Source of the DNA: Owenia fusiformis
Lineage: Eukaryota
Assembly (NCBI GenBank): GCA_903813345.2
Contig: CAIIXF020000001.1
Location: forward strand, 46,252,001 to 46,316,000
DNA: 64,000 nucleotides
Reading direction: 5' to 3'
The notes beneath the pieces are model-generated. The model was not told the DNA's origin. It worked only from the letters and a program-made list of their open reading frames with translations, and did no database searches. The translations under genes and the position numbers were made by a program. This document shows, piece after piece, positions 1 to 11,957 of the stretch; the first letter of the stretch is position 1; each line of letters opens with the position of its first letter.

Positions 1-461
1 ATACTGTTAATAGTAGGTATTTTAATCAGCGTCCGTTTCCATGGCAACGGGACCATTTTCAGAACTTCTCATTATTTGGAATATGTAGTAGATATGTTAA
101 GCTTTCCAAAAATACCAAGAAACCCAACAGGGTCAGTCGATCCTTTTATTTCTTTAAATAAGCACTTTTTGGCAAATCCCTACTCGTCTATTAATCTAAC
201 CTTCTCTATAGTGAAAACGAGACGAACTCTTTACATAGTATTACATGTCTAGAAATAAAAATTTTAACTAATAAGATACATGTACATGTATAATCACAAT
301 CTGTTATGCTAAAAAGCTGTGTTGGTGGCTATTTTGAATTAAATTAAATCAATGAAGCAATTTTCAAGAAATAATTCTTGACTATTACTGACCTAAATAT
401 TGCTTTGAAATGGGACTAAACAAAAACAAGTACCATGAGTAATTTATACAGAAATATTTCT

Positions 462-528
462 AAAGTGAACCCCCCTAGAATTTTTGGGAAAAGTGAACCT
501 CCCTTGGGAAATTCTGGCTACGGGCCTG
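462..528. mobile_element. Terminal fragment of a MITE-like element ending CTGGCTACGGGCCTG
   Basis: A similar terminus (ctggctgcgggcctg) occurs at about 15521-15535. A complementary-type start, CAGGGCCGTAG, occurs at about 63680. Confidence 0.4.
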
Positions 529-684
529 GCTCTTACTCATACCTCAATCCCAGACTAACAAAGAAAATAATTAAGAAAAAATCATGAAAAGATAGATATT
601 TGGGAGTCAAACACTTTGAGCACATTTCAAAAAGAATAGACATATCATATGGAGTAATGTAACTTTTTATATTTGATATTTCAG

Positions 685-969
685 TGGATTGTACTCCATT
701 GCAAGGCAGTTTAGTCCTAACAGTAGTACAAGTATCAGCCAACAATGCCACTATACGTTGGATGACAAACTCTGAGCCAATTGCTAACTGTACGCTAGCA
801 TATAAGGCAGAAGATGAGACTGAAGTTACATTACTGACTCATGTTTCACCAACAGGACATCAGATTGTTCTGGAGAATCTACACCCACATAGCAATTATA
901 CATTGGATGTTGAATGCATGGGTCCAAATGGACAGCTCAGTCAGTCAGAAAAAATCACTTTTAAAACAG
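685..969 (+). CDS. Gene 1 internal exon: fibronectin type III domain of a single-pass membrane protein (upstream exons lie outside the window)
   Basis: Acceptor tttcag at 684, donor G|GTAAGA at 970, phase 1-1. Translation has the FN3 pattern (VSANNATIRW...LENLHPHSNYTLDVECMGPNGQLSQSEKITFKT). Confidence 0.9.
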
Positions 970-1315
970 GTAAGAGATTTGTCAGTTTAGTCAAGTATAT
1001 GTTCAGTTTTGTATATTGTATATTGTTACAGTAGTGATCAATATGTTAAAATAATACACAGAGTCAATAAAAGATATATTTTATTGTGATTTTGCTACAA
1101 TTGGAACATGACTGTATCCATGCCTTCTATAAACTGTGAACAAAGTCAATATTTCAACTGGTATTAATTCATTGATAAACACTTAGTAATATGTGACATC
1201 ATTACAGTGGGCCTTAGTAATGGCAGGCCAATAATGAATATTCAAAAATTTTTGGTGAAATTTTATGTTCGAATTGTAATACAGACTTCAGATCAGGTAT
1301 TATATAGAGTAATAG

Positions 1316-1378
1316 ATACCTTAGGGCTAGGCACAAACGCTCTGGAATAGAAAATGTTTGTGCCTAGCCCTGTGGTAT
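1316..1378. repeat. Intronic hairpin (short palindromic repeat)
   Basis: AGGGCTAGGCACAAAC ... GTTTGTGCCTAGCCCT stem with a loop of about 17 nt, extendable by atacc/ggtat. Confidence 0.8.
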
Positions 1379-1541
1379 TTATTCATCAACATAGTACCTG
1401 CTCTATCCAAGTTGATTTCATCATGAGCATGGAAATGAGAGTATTCATATCAGCAGTTATTGAATAGCCTTCAGAAAATTTCTCTTCTTAATGTGGAGGA
1501 CTTCACTGCACTAACTTATCAACTGTATTCATGTTTTGCAG

Positions 1542-1812
1542 TTACTAATGGAACAGTACTCAATCCATTTACCAATACACATGGCGGGGGTGGTATATCT
1601 TTTAATCCTGTCAACAAAAACAGTGCAGACCTAAACTTTGATAGAGACTCGGGTACAATAAGCAAAAAGCTTAGTGACCCCCCTTCGACATTGGGTGTTG
1701 TTATGGGTGTTTTACTTGGTTTAGCAGGGGGTCTTGTCCTTGGTATTATTGGCTTCTATATATACAAAAAACTGCGGAGGAGAAGACAACTTGCAAGATT
1801 CCTTCGATACAG
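1542..1812 (+). CDS. Gene 1 exon: juxtamembrane stalk, transmembrane helix and basic stop-transfer segment
   Basis: Acceptor ttttgcag at 1541 (phase 1, joins exon 685-969 in frame), donor AG|GTTTGT at 1813 (phase 2). Encodes TLGVVMGVLLGLAGGLVLGIIGFYIY followed by KKLRRRR. Confidence 0.88.
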
Positions 1813-2173
1813 GTTTGTAACTGTCATAATGTATTCAGTATGTTTTATGCCATACTCCACTGATTATAGGTCACTGACTAAATAGTTTTAGTCCAGTTAA
1901 GTTCACTAACTACTAACTAAAGTAAGTTCTTCATCAAGTACACGTATTCTACACCTTGAAAGTCACCCTACTGGGTGAATTGTTCTGGGAAACCATGTGT
2001 GGTAATATTAACTAAATATAAAAATCACAAAGGCATATAAGAAAACAGAATAAGATAACAATTCTATTTTCTGTATAGTAACATGATGATTTCACAAAAT
2101 TTTGTTAATGAAGTGTGTTAATAATTTCACGATGAACTGTCATTTAAAGTGTATACTTTTACTGTATTTTCAG

Positions 2174-2261
2174 AGAACATGATGATGAAGAGCCATTCCC
2201 CAGCAATCTTGAGATACATGTACATAATGACTGTGACAATGAGCCTCAGTTGCAGTCTTGA
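2174..2261 (+). CDS. Gene 1 terminal coding exon: short acidic cytoplasmic tail (R)EHDDEEPFPSNLEIHVHNDCDNEPQLQS*
   Basis: Acceptor tattttcag at 2173, phase 2 matches the previous donor. TGA at 2259-2261 lies in the second unit of the 49-bp minisatellite. Confidence 0.75.
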
Positions 2262-2933
2262 GATATATGTACATAATGACTGTGACAATGAGCCTCAGTT
2301 GCAGTCTTGAGATACATGTACATAATGACTGTGACAATGAGCCTCAGTTGCAGTCTTGAGATACATGTACATAATGACTGTGACAATGAGCCTCAGTTGC
2401 AGTCTTGAGATATATGTACATAATGACTGACAATGAGCCTCAGTTGCAGTCTTGAGATACATGTACATAATGATGGTGACAATGAGCCTCAGTTGCAGTC
2501 TTGAGATACATGTACATAATGACTGACAATGGGCTTCAGTTGCAGTCTTGAGATACATGTACATAATGACTGTGACAATGAGCCTCAGTTGCAGTCTTGA
2601 GATATATGTACATAATTACTGACAATGGGCCTCAGTCGTAGTCTTGAGATATTATGTACATAATGACTATGACAATGAGCCTCAGTTGCAGTCTTGAGAT
2701 ACATGCACATAATGACTGTAACAATGAGCCTCAGTTGCAGTCTTGAGATACATGTACATAATGACTGTGACAATGGGCCTCAGTTGCAGTCTTGAGATAC
2801 ATGTACATAATGATGGTGACAATGAGCCTCAGTTGCAGTCTTGAGATACATGTACATAATGACTGTGACAATGGGCCTCAGTTGCAGTCTTGAGATAAAT
2901 GTACATAATGACTGTGACAATGGGCCTCAGTTG
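2203..2933 (+). repeat. 49-bp minisatellite, 15 copies (some 47- or 50-bp units)
   Basis: Unit CTTGAGATACATGTACATAATGACTGTGACAATGAGCCTCAGTTGCAGT starts at 2208, 2257, 2306, 2355, 2404, 2451, 2500, 2547, 2596, 2643, 2693, 2742, 2791, 2840 and 2889. A degenerate partial copy lies near 2972. Confidence 0.97.
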
Positions 2934-5850
2934 AAATGACATGTAAAACACAAGGATCAACTGCTAGTTAAGCAGTCTTGAGATACATGAGCATAAGCAT
3001 TAGTATAGTGGATTTGATGAAAATTCACCATCTCACACTGGTCCACAGCTAGATGATACTAACTAGTGTTCGTATTGTTATTAGTTTCTAGTTTAAAGCC
3101 CATGGTTTTGTTAAAGATGGTGGACAAAAGTTTGATATCATTACATCTTTGTAACCAATTAAAATCTAGATTCCAAATATTCATCATGCAAACTAGTAAG
3201 ATTCCAGTTGTAAATAACAATAAAGAAATGCTTAGGAAGAAAAGGGCTCATACTTTTAGAAGTTTGTTTCATTGATGATGAATATAATTATAAGCTTATT
3301 TCATTTGACTAAGTATGATCCTAAAGGAAGCCCTTTTCTTTATATTTCAGAGGTGTTATATAGTTATTTGGTTGAAATCAATGGGAGTAAAATAATTGTG
3401 TGGAACATATGGATGGTATCTGGGGCCCTGCATGGAAATACTTTGTATAATAATTCTTTATATAAAAATATGGTCATTGAAATAATTTTCCAATGGGACT
3501 GGACTGTGACATTTGTGATAAGGAATTTAGTTGTCAATGTGCAGTTATTTAAAGACCTGTATGGCATGTATGGTGTAAATAGATACGGCCAACTTCCAGT
3601 CCATTCTTTATTTATATAGTTTTGCTGATTCAACATTGTGAAAAAGTTATTCAATTTGGTGCCTGCTTAATTCCTCAGGAACAATGCTCAAATAATTAAA
3701 TTTTATAACAAAGCTTATATGTGTATTGCTTATTAGATTTGATGAGTAATTTAAAATATGTGAGTTACATTTAATAGTCTTGCATCAAGCCTCTATATGT
3801 CCTCCATTTTCTCTACACAATGTCAAGACTCTGGGTTATAAATCAGAGGGGGGAGTGGGTTCACTGGAGACTTGGAACAAGACTATATACATAAATGACA
3901 ATTAGCCGATATGAATAATTTTGAAATAAAGATGGCATGGTAATCGATCTGTGTTTATTTATAAATATTCTCTGGATTCTGTTGGTGCTGCCATCTTTAT
4001 ACCGGCCCAGAACCTATGGTTTATGGTAATACATGTAGTGACATTTGTGATAAGGGATTTAGTTTCTTATATCATGCTCTATATGCATCGTGAGATAATA
4101 TCACAGCCTTCTCTCAGTTTCCTTCTATTCTTGTGCATAGCAGAGATGGTCTGAGTATCTGTATATGCCATTTACATGTATGCCCTTCTTATTTGGCAAA
4201 GAGATACCCTTTAAGGTTTACATTCATCTTGGCAAGCCAACTTGTGCAGAGGGCCAAATTAATTATAGATTAATGTGAATATATGATGTGTTTCATCAGG
4301 TATTATGTATGTGAATTGTTAATCATTGGCGTTTGGTGGATAAAGTAATAAATATACATATTGCATAAAAAGGCTATTTATGTAAAAATATTATTCTTCT
4401 GTTTAATACATGTCCAGCTTTAAGATCTCAAACTAAACATAAAGACCTCTGCACTTTAAAATATACATCTACTTATTTATAATTGACTTATTTTCACTTT
4501 GGATTCCACAGGGCCATCTAACAACTGGTTAACCTCTTGAATCCCAGGCTCTAAAATAGGTTGAAACTTGAAACCAGAGAATTTTTCATTTTTGCCACCT
4601 TTTGACATTTTACTACATAAATTTTAGTGAAACATGTACAAGTCCTAACTTTGGTTATTGAAATTGAATTGAGTTAATGATATCTATCAATGAATATGTG
4701 TAGTTAATAAGTTACTAAATAGTGCAATCGTCTAAATTATTTGAACTAATCAAATCGCAAGATTTAATGTGAATCCGCAAAAACAAAGAAATGGAACCTC
4801 ATGCATGCAGATTGCTCCTAGTGTTCATTTTGTTGAAACCATGGGCTCTTCCCAGGTGAAACCTAATTTTTTGTCATCAAAATATCTCATTTTACAGTGT
4901 AAAAATTCCCAAATCAGATAATATATAATCATATTGGTGTCAAATTGAGAAGTATCAGTGTCGAAAATAAAATTAAGGATGTTAAACTAATCTTTCATAT
5001 TTAATTTGCTTGGCCTAGCCCTTCCCCAGCCATCATGACATATGACGTCATCAAATTCTGTGTACATCCATGTTGTTGAAAAGTTTAGCAGTAGAAATCA
5101 ATCGTTTTGTTCACTTTATGTAAGTATACCTCTTTTTGTTTAACATATCACTCTTGCAAAGTTTACCTTAGTTACAGAGGCATTGGTCAATGGTAGATTA
5201 CTTATGTTGAATCAGGATTTAGCCGACATTTTCAATTTATTCGATGCGGAAATAAAAACAATTTCAATGTTTTCCATTTTTTCAAAATTGGGTCAGCATT
5301 TTCGAGCATTTTCATTTGGTTTTGAAATTGATCCAGTAATCATATATATGTCATCGTTCCCAGGGGGAGGGGGTATTCCAAAGATGACCTATGACACGCT
5401 CAATAACCAATTTTATAAACAGGTCTCATTTGCCATTGGAATTGACCTCAGAATGTTCACTGTTGTTTTATGATTATTCTCTACAAGTTTGTATTTAGTA
5501 ACTTAAATGGTATTACTATAGTGTAGAAATGATGATGTTAAACTGCAATAAAGGCCATCTCCACAATTTCAAATTTTACTTTGCGCACAGCCCTAATAGA
5601 ACATGTGCTCATCATTGTTCGCGTGATCATATCCTGCAATTTGATTGGACATCATATACTGATGGGCGTGATTTAAATAAATTTTGTTCATGAGTAAGAA
5701 AGAATATGACAGTATTGTAAGAGCTTCTCACCTCTTCTGATTGTGTCTGTAGTTTTTCAAACTCATCAGGTATTAATTGCATGTTTAGTCTTACTAAAGT
5801 CTGTTACACTGCTTCAAAGGCAAGCAGTTAAACTGGAAATATAAGAAATC

Positions 5851-6047
5851 CAGGGCTGTCAACTTGGGACCACCTAATATGAGTGACTTCAAAATGTTGG
5901 ACACCTAAGTCCAAATCTGAACACTTTTGTCCAAATTTTGAACACCTTTGGCCAACTTTTAAACACCTTTGGCCAAAGTTTGAGCACCTTTGCCAAACTT
6001 TGAACACCTCAAATTTTTCGCGCTCGCTACGCTCGCGTTGTCGTCAA

Positions 6048-6083
<36 letters not shown>

Positions 6084-6351
6084 AGGTACGAAAATTTTCA
6101 ATGAACATGCGTGACACATCGCGTGACAAATCCGAACAAATTGCGTTCGGTTTTTCCCGGCGTTCGTATTTTTACCGTATCGTAAACATATTTCGAAAAA
6201 ATTTCTACAGAAATATTTTTGCTTGACAATTACCAGGTAAAATGCGTATTTTGCGTGACATTTTCTGTCACGCAAAAAAAACTGGCGTGACTTCAAATTC
6301 TTCAGCAAATGCGTGACAAATACGCAAATTGCGGGACAGTTGACAGGCCTG
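5851..6351. mobile_element. MITE (501 bp) with 14-bp TIRs and a 6-bp TSD
   Basis: CAGGGCTGTCAACT ... AGTTGACAGGCCTG (1 mismatch), flanked by GAAATC on both sides. Subterminal repeats (gaacacctttggccaa left, gcgtgaca right) and an internal G34 run at 6049-6082. Confidence 0.85.
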
Positions 6352-6755
6352 GAAATCTAAATAATATTGTGCAATAATATATAGAAAAATATATTCATAT
6401 TGCACACGAATGACATTTGTATATGTTGGATTGCTTGTAAATTGGCTCATAAAGTCTACAACCTCTTATATTTTGATGCTTCTATACAATGTTAATTCTT
6501 CAAAAAATAACATGGCGGATACACCTCAAATTACAAGAGGGCACAGGCTTATTGCACTAAAAACTAAATAATCCAACAGTTGTCTTGTGGCTATTTCACA
6601 GATTATTAGATACACCGGCTTTATTTATAAGGTCCTCTCAAAATTAATCGAGAAGTTGTATGTGTGGCACATTTTCCTGTAATTCAACATTTATTGTTCC
6701 AAACTCTCCCAAACTGCAGAAAAATATTCATTTCAGCTTATGCAAGATACATTTC

Positions 6756-6877
6756 CAGGGGTTTCATTAGCACCTGGCAACAGAAGATTTTCACCAATTG
6801 TTTTCCAAAAATCGCCTGTTGTTTTTAGGGACTTCAACTTTTCCATGTTAAATTTAGAAATTCTAGTGAAACCCCTG
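6756..6877. mobile_element. Small MITE (122 bp) with CAGGGGTTTCA TIRs and a 6-bp TSD
   Basis: CAGGGGTTTCATTAG ... CTAGTGAAACCCCTG, flanked by CATTTC on both sides. A longer relative lies in opposite orientation at 52773-52947. Confidence 0.85.
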
Positions 6878-9800
6878 CATTTCTCACGAATTTGAGTTCA
6901 AATTTCAATTATTGAAGTAGGGGCATTCTCCATCAGGAGTTCGATTTTTATAAGTGCTCAGGTGTGAATAATTGAGATGCCCGAAATATAAATAATCTGA
7001 CTAGTTCAGCTCTCAAGCAGGCATGCGCATGTGTGCCATGTTTTTTCTCATCCTTTTTAAGTGCCATGGGTTTTACACAAATCCATGGAACAAAAAAAGT
7101 TACAAAAAGCAAATGAGGGAAGCATGAAGATTGAAGAGGTAAAATCACATTGAGATTTAGGAGATTATTTTGCCTATATTAGCAAAACGGTTGCTTCATT
7201 TGTGCATTCTATCCCTGAGGTAAGAGTCATAGGTATCTAGAGGTAAATAGTCATTTCGGAAGAAATACTCTATTCATTTTGAAAAACCAATTCATATTTA
7301 TTTATATTTAGACTAAAAAGGCTCACACCTCTTTTAAAGGCTGACTGATTTATTAAAACAGCGTTTACATGCCCCTTATCAACCGCTTCAGAATCTTGAC
7401 TGCTGAAAGTGAGTACAGTGTAAATGACAGTCTATTCTGAAAAAATCAGCCTCAAATAGTGTGGAGAGGAATACTTTACTGGTGATTTTTGATTTACAAC
7501 TAACCACATTTGTCAGAATCAACACACTCAAAAACATTGTCTTGTATAATATCAGGTTTATGTTATCTCAAGATTTTGAGGAAATTAAGACTCAAAGTAG
7601 GTTATTTTGAGTTTTGATGACATCAATTTAATACAATTTAGGCAAAGAAATATAATACAATTTGTGAGTTACATTTTGGCATCATATGTTTGGGGTTTAA
7701 AAAAGGAGCCATGCAAATGACTCACAATCTTAGTATGGAGACTCACAATTAGAAGCAAAAAGGAAACTATTTTTGACTGGATTTTTAGACTTTAGTAGAA
7801 TGATTATAATTTTCTGTTAAGTTACCGAAACTATCAACATTACCTTTAATGTAGAACAATCATTGAGTTTGCTAGTCTCAACCTTTCTATGTTTATCTTC
7901 TTGAGGATTTTTTTAAGATAAAACTCCAACTTTACAGTAGCTGAATAAACAAACATAGAGCTCAAGTTTTGAAAATAATTGTATAAACCTATACATTTTT
8001 TATGTCGATGGAAATAATCTAGAATCCAAATTTATTTCAATGTTTCAGTTTCAAATATTTCAGTTTCATTATCAAATGGTTGAGCGGGTGCTTTCTCGAG
8101 AAAAGTGAATCAAAAATTTAACATTTCAATATTATTTTATACTCTTTAATTTTTTAAAAGAAATTGGATATACCATTCCATATTCACCAGATATCCATTT
8201 TTATTTCATATTTCGGATGGTAAAAATATTGAACTATTGAAGATGTTGATTTTGTCATTACTTATATGTCTTTAATTCTAGCTAAATTTTTCACTACATT
8301 TTGAATTTATAGCAAATGTTAAGCCATCACCCATCAGCCACACAAATATCATGGATGTTTTAGCTGCTGTAAACATGTACATGCCAGACATATAACAGGT
8401 TTCATCATTGACTTTCAACATGGTACACATCCTCTAAAAGAATTTATTGAATCGGAGATCAATATGTCTGTTCTATAACAGAATTTCTCCTCAATTACAT
8501 AAGATGAACCATTTGCCGCATTATATTAAGCTCAATTTCCCTAACATGAAATGAAATGTACAGTAATGGGTGAAACCTGTTTTAGAGAACACCTCTCTAA
8601 TGAACACCTATTTTAGTGAACACCATTTCTCAGAATTTCACTATTGGCGTCAGTATCAAAACCTGTAATGAATAATTTATGTGGCTTCAAATCTGTTTCT
8701 ACTATGATATGTTCATCTTTGACAGTTGTTCATATATGCAGGTTTTAATGTATACAGGTCATACTTATCGGTAATTGCAATCACATGTAAAATAATGACC
8801 ATAACCTTAACCATAATCTTCAATGAGTCAATTTTATTTGTTTTTATGCTATAACAAAATCCTCTCAAAGCCATCTTGCAAATTCTAACCTAGAATTACT
8901 AACATTTCATGAACATTTCGTTTATTCATCAAATGGTAACCATGGAAACAAATGATAAGAATTACTTAGAGAAAATTCAAAATGGCCACCCATGAATTAT
9001 ATTGGAATTTCTCTACAACTGGTGATATAAGTCTCTGCCAATGTGCCAAGTCTGGCATAACACCAGGCTTACCTGGAATAACCCATGCAGGTGTTAGATA
9101 ATACAACCCTCTCCAAGTTCATCTATAGTTATAATATACCAGTATACAAATAAGATGAGATGATTTGTGATCAGCCTCTATTTGATCAAAACATTTTACC
9201 TCTTGTAAATCATTGGATTTCATTTTCTGCATAGAAGTAGCTAACATCCATTTTATATTCAAACATCATGAAATACCATAAAAGCCGCAAGTGAGATTAT
9301 TAAGATCTTGTCAGCATGTTGAATCACCTCTAAAACTTAAGGTTGAATAGCTCACTTATGTAAGAGTTTTAGACATGTAGCAAAAAACAATGTTGGGATG
9401 TTTGAGTACTTGTAATACAGCCAGGACAGAATTACATTTTTGTAATCAGGTCACTAATGAGAAAGGTAGGCTGATAATAGAGCCTAATAGAAATATGAGA
9501 CATATTATAATCAGCAGAAATGACAGTCTTGTTATTATGAAATCTCATGTTGCAGAAAATAATATACTGTACAGCAAAGGGACAAGGTCAATATTAGTTA
9601 CATAACTTTAGGGGAATGGGTAAAAGCCTATTAGCCCATGGTGTATACTGTACATCATGGTTTTAAAGTATGCAACTTCTTGATAAAATCAACTACTGTG
9701 CATTGATGATTCACATTGAGGAATTGGAAGGGGGTCATACTGAAATGTAATTTTTGAATGAATGATATTGGAATGTCAACTAATCCCTAAAAGATGGTCC

Positions 9801-11119
9801 CTAATCCATAAAAGATGTTGAAGTCATTACTGAGGAAACTTTGATTCAGACATTTGATGAAGAATTCTGGAGAATGGTTAGACTCGCCAGAAAATTTATT
9901 CACTTTTCCATAAAGTTGGCTCATGAATATTATAATGAGGAGCTTAAAAATCTGTGACGTCAATGATAGAAACTTTTCCCCTGAAAGAACAAATGTATTT
10001 GAGTTTACATGTAAATTCTCGGTTAATTGCTGTCAATTGTACCACTTCAAATGGGTAAATTATTAGAAAATTAATGTCGATATTTTTCATTAAACATCAA
10101 CTTGACATTATATTTACGCCTTCTACGTAATATAATTATTAAATTTCCATTCAAAATCAGGAGAACATTGAAGAGGTTCACTGCTGATCAGTAACAGTCA
10201 TAGACGGCGATTGGATATGAACAGCAAACATTAGCATTAGTTAACCATTATATGTTTCATAAAAATATATGGACAGATAATTTATTTAAATTAAATGTAT
10301 CGTCGATCGTCAAGGTTATTTGATTAATGACCTGTTTAAAATTGTAATCATTTGCACTTATCAATAAATCTTCACTAGCCATGAGTAAATCAGCTAAATA
10401 TGATTAGTAAATATAATACAGTAATGGTTTAACTGTCCCCACAGAAATTTGCGTTTCAAAAACTTAAACAGCTTTTTGGAATAGAGAATTTGACCTTGGA
10501 AATATTTTCTTCTTAATAAGCCCATTGGCGTTCTCTGCGTTTTGTCTGGATGAAGGTTATTTCCGAGGTTATTTCTCTAGACCTAATAATTAATTGTATT
10601 TAGCAAGAAACCCGATGGTAGTTACCATATCTATGCTTTTAAAATATTATGCTTATTTGAACTGAATGGTCGATGGGATTCTGAATAACAAAATATCCGA
10701 AATACTTGTTTTTGTGTTCCAATTCAATTGAATTGCATGATTTGTGCGAATGACACTTGCAGTGAATTAAGCGATGGGATTTTATTCTGCGACGTAAGAG
10801 CTATTTAATAGGACCACGACCAGATAATTTAATCGAGTTGCTTGTGTAACTCCACCATTTACCTTTTTGTTAAAAATCGCATGGGATGTGTGAGGGTGAA
10901 CTGAGAATTATAATTAATAAACATTAGTTCTGTATAGAATATTGATTAAATTTAAGATTTGGGATGAAAGTATCTCGTCAATATTTCATATTTGATTAAA
11001 GATATTTACTGCATTGGGCAAATATAGTCGTTTTTATCAAGTTAAGTCAAAATAGTCATATACTGGCTGTACTTATTCCCCAAAACTTTCTAAAATTGAC
11101 ATCATCAATTTCAATCATT

Positions 11120-11220
11120 TGCTTAGAGCCAATCAGCGCAGTGGAAATTATCAATTTTCTTCAACTTTGTAGAAAGGTGAATATTCGCGATTTGACTAGG
11201 TTAAGTTACTTCCCGTTTTA
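11120..11220 (+). promoter_or_regulatory. Candidate promoter region of gene 2
   Basis: AGCCAATCAG (NF-Y consensus CCAAT box) at 11127-11136, CpG-containing TTCGCGA at about 11184 and ACTTCCCG at about 11208, upstream of the first recognisable exon. Motif evidence only. Confidence 0.3.
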
Positions 11221-11882
11221 GTTTTCCAAATATTTCAAGTAGCTATGGAATTCATCAATTTAACCAAGTCTTGTGTCTTGCTTGTTGTAATTAGGAATTA
11301 TGTGAGAGTAGGGAATAGGGGAGGGTAGAGGTTAAAATATCAGGCAATATTTCACAAGGCAATTTCACCATATAAACAGACTAATACCTTTACTAAGTCT
11401 GAATTCTAGCTTTTTAGCATTGGTATGAGTTGCTTACAATATGCAAGTGATAAAGCTGCAATATTAAACTGTAGTTTCAAGGATAGGATAAGGACTGACA
11501 CTCTACATTGGCAGATCTCATTGATATTCCCATTGCAATCTGTTGTAATAAGGAAATTCCTGTCACTTAACTGGAGGGAAGTCTAAATTTATTATATAGG
11601 GAATTTCTGTTCAGGAAAATAATTCAACATATCATTGATACCCATTGTGATAAACCATGACATCTCATTTATCCTCAGCAATGTTTTAAGTGAAACAGAA
11701 AGATGTGATGAGTATCAAAATGATTTACACTTATTTTCTGTTATTTGCTATTGTTTAGAGGTATCATTTAAACTTGATTAGAGCTTACAAATTCACTCTG
11801 ATTTCAAAAATGTTGATGATTCATAACTTGCATATGTTTCACATGAAATACTTATAATATATTTTTTATTCTTTGTTTATAG

Positions 11883-11957
11883 ACAACCCGACCCTTTACT
11901 TGTGTCTTGAAAATGTGCTGAAAATGGTCAAGTGGTTTGTTATCAAGAGAAAACGAG
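11883..11957 (+). other. Probable 5' UTR exon of gene 2
   Basis: Long polypyrimidine tract plus tag acceptor at 11882 and a consensus donor GAG|GTAAGT at 11958. Contains a stop (11908) in frame with the ATG at 13540. The acceptor at 13535 requires an upstream exon. Confidence 0.6.

Noticed and set aside
2203..2933. Regular repeat array as a possible CRISPR, and minus-strand ORFs 2295-2564 and 2585-2773
   Set aside because: Units are head-to-tail with no unique spacers, there are no cas genes, and the context is eukaryotic. The ORFs are just repeat translations.
5883..6308. ORFs with poly-Gly or poly-Pro
   Set aside because: Caused by the G34 homopolymer inside a MITE.
7062..9122. Isolated splice-like signals (+ donor at about 7220; possible minus-strand mini-exon about 9073-9122)
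   Set aside because: Could not be chained into a consistent gene model. Such motifs are expected by chance in AT-rich DNA.
9805..9957. Protein-like open stretch KDVEVITEETLIQTFDEEFWRMVRLARKF...
   Set aside because: No good acceptor or start codon, no partner exons and no recognisable family. It cannot be supported without a search.
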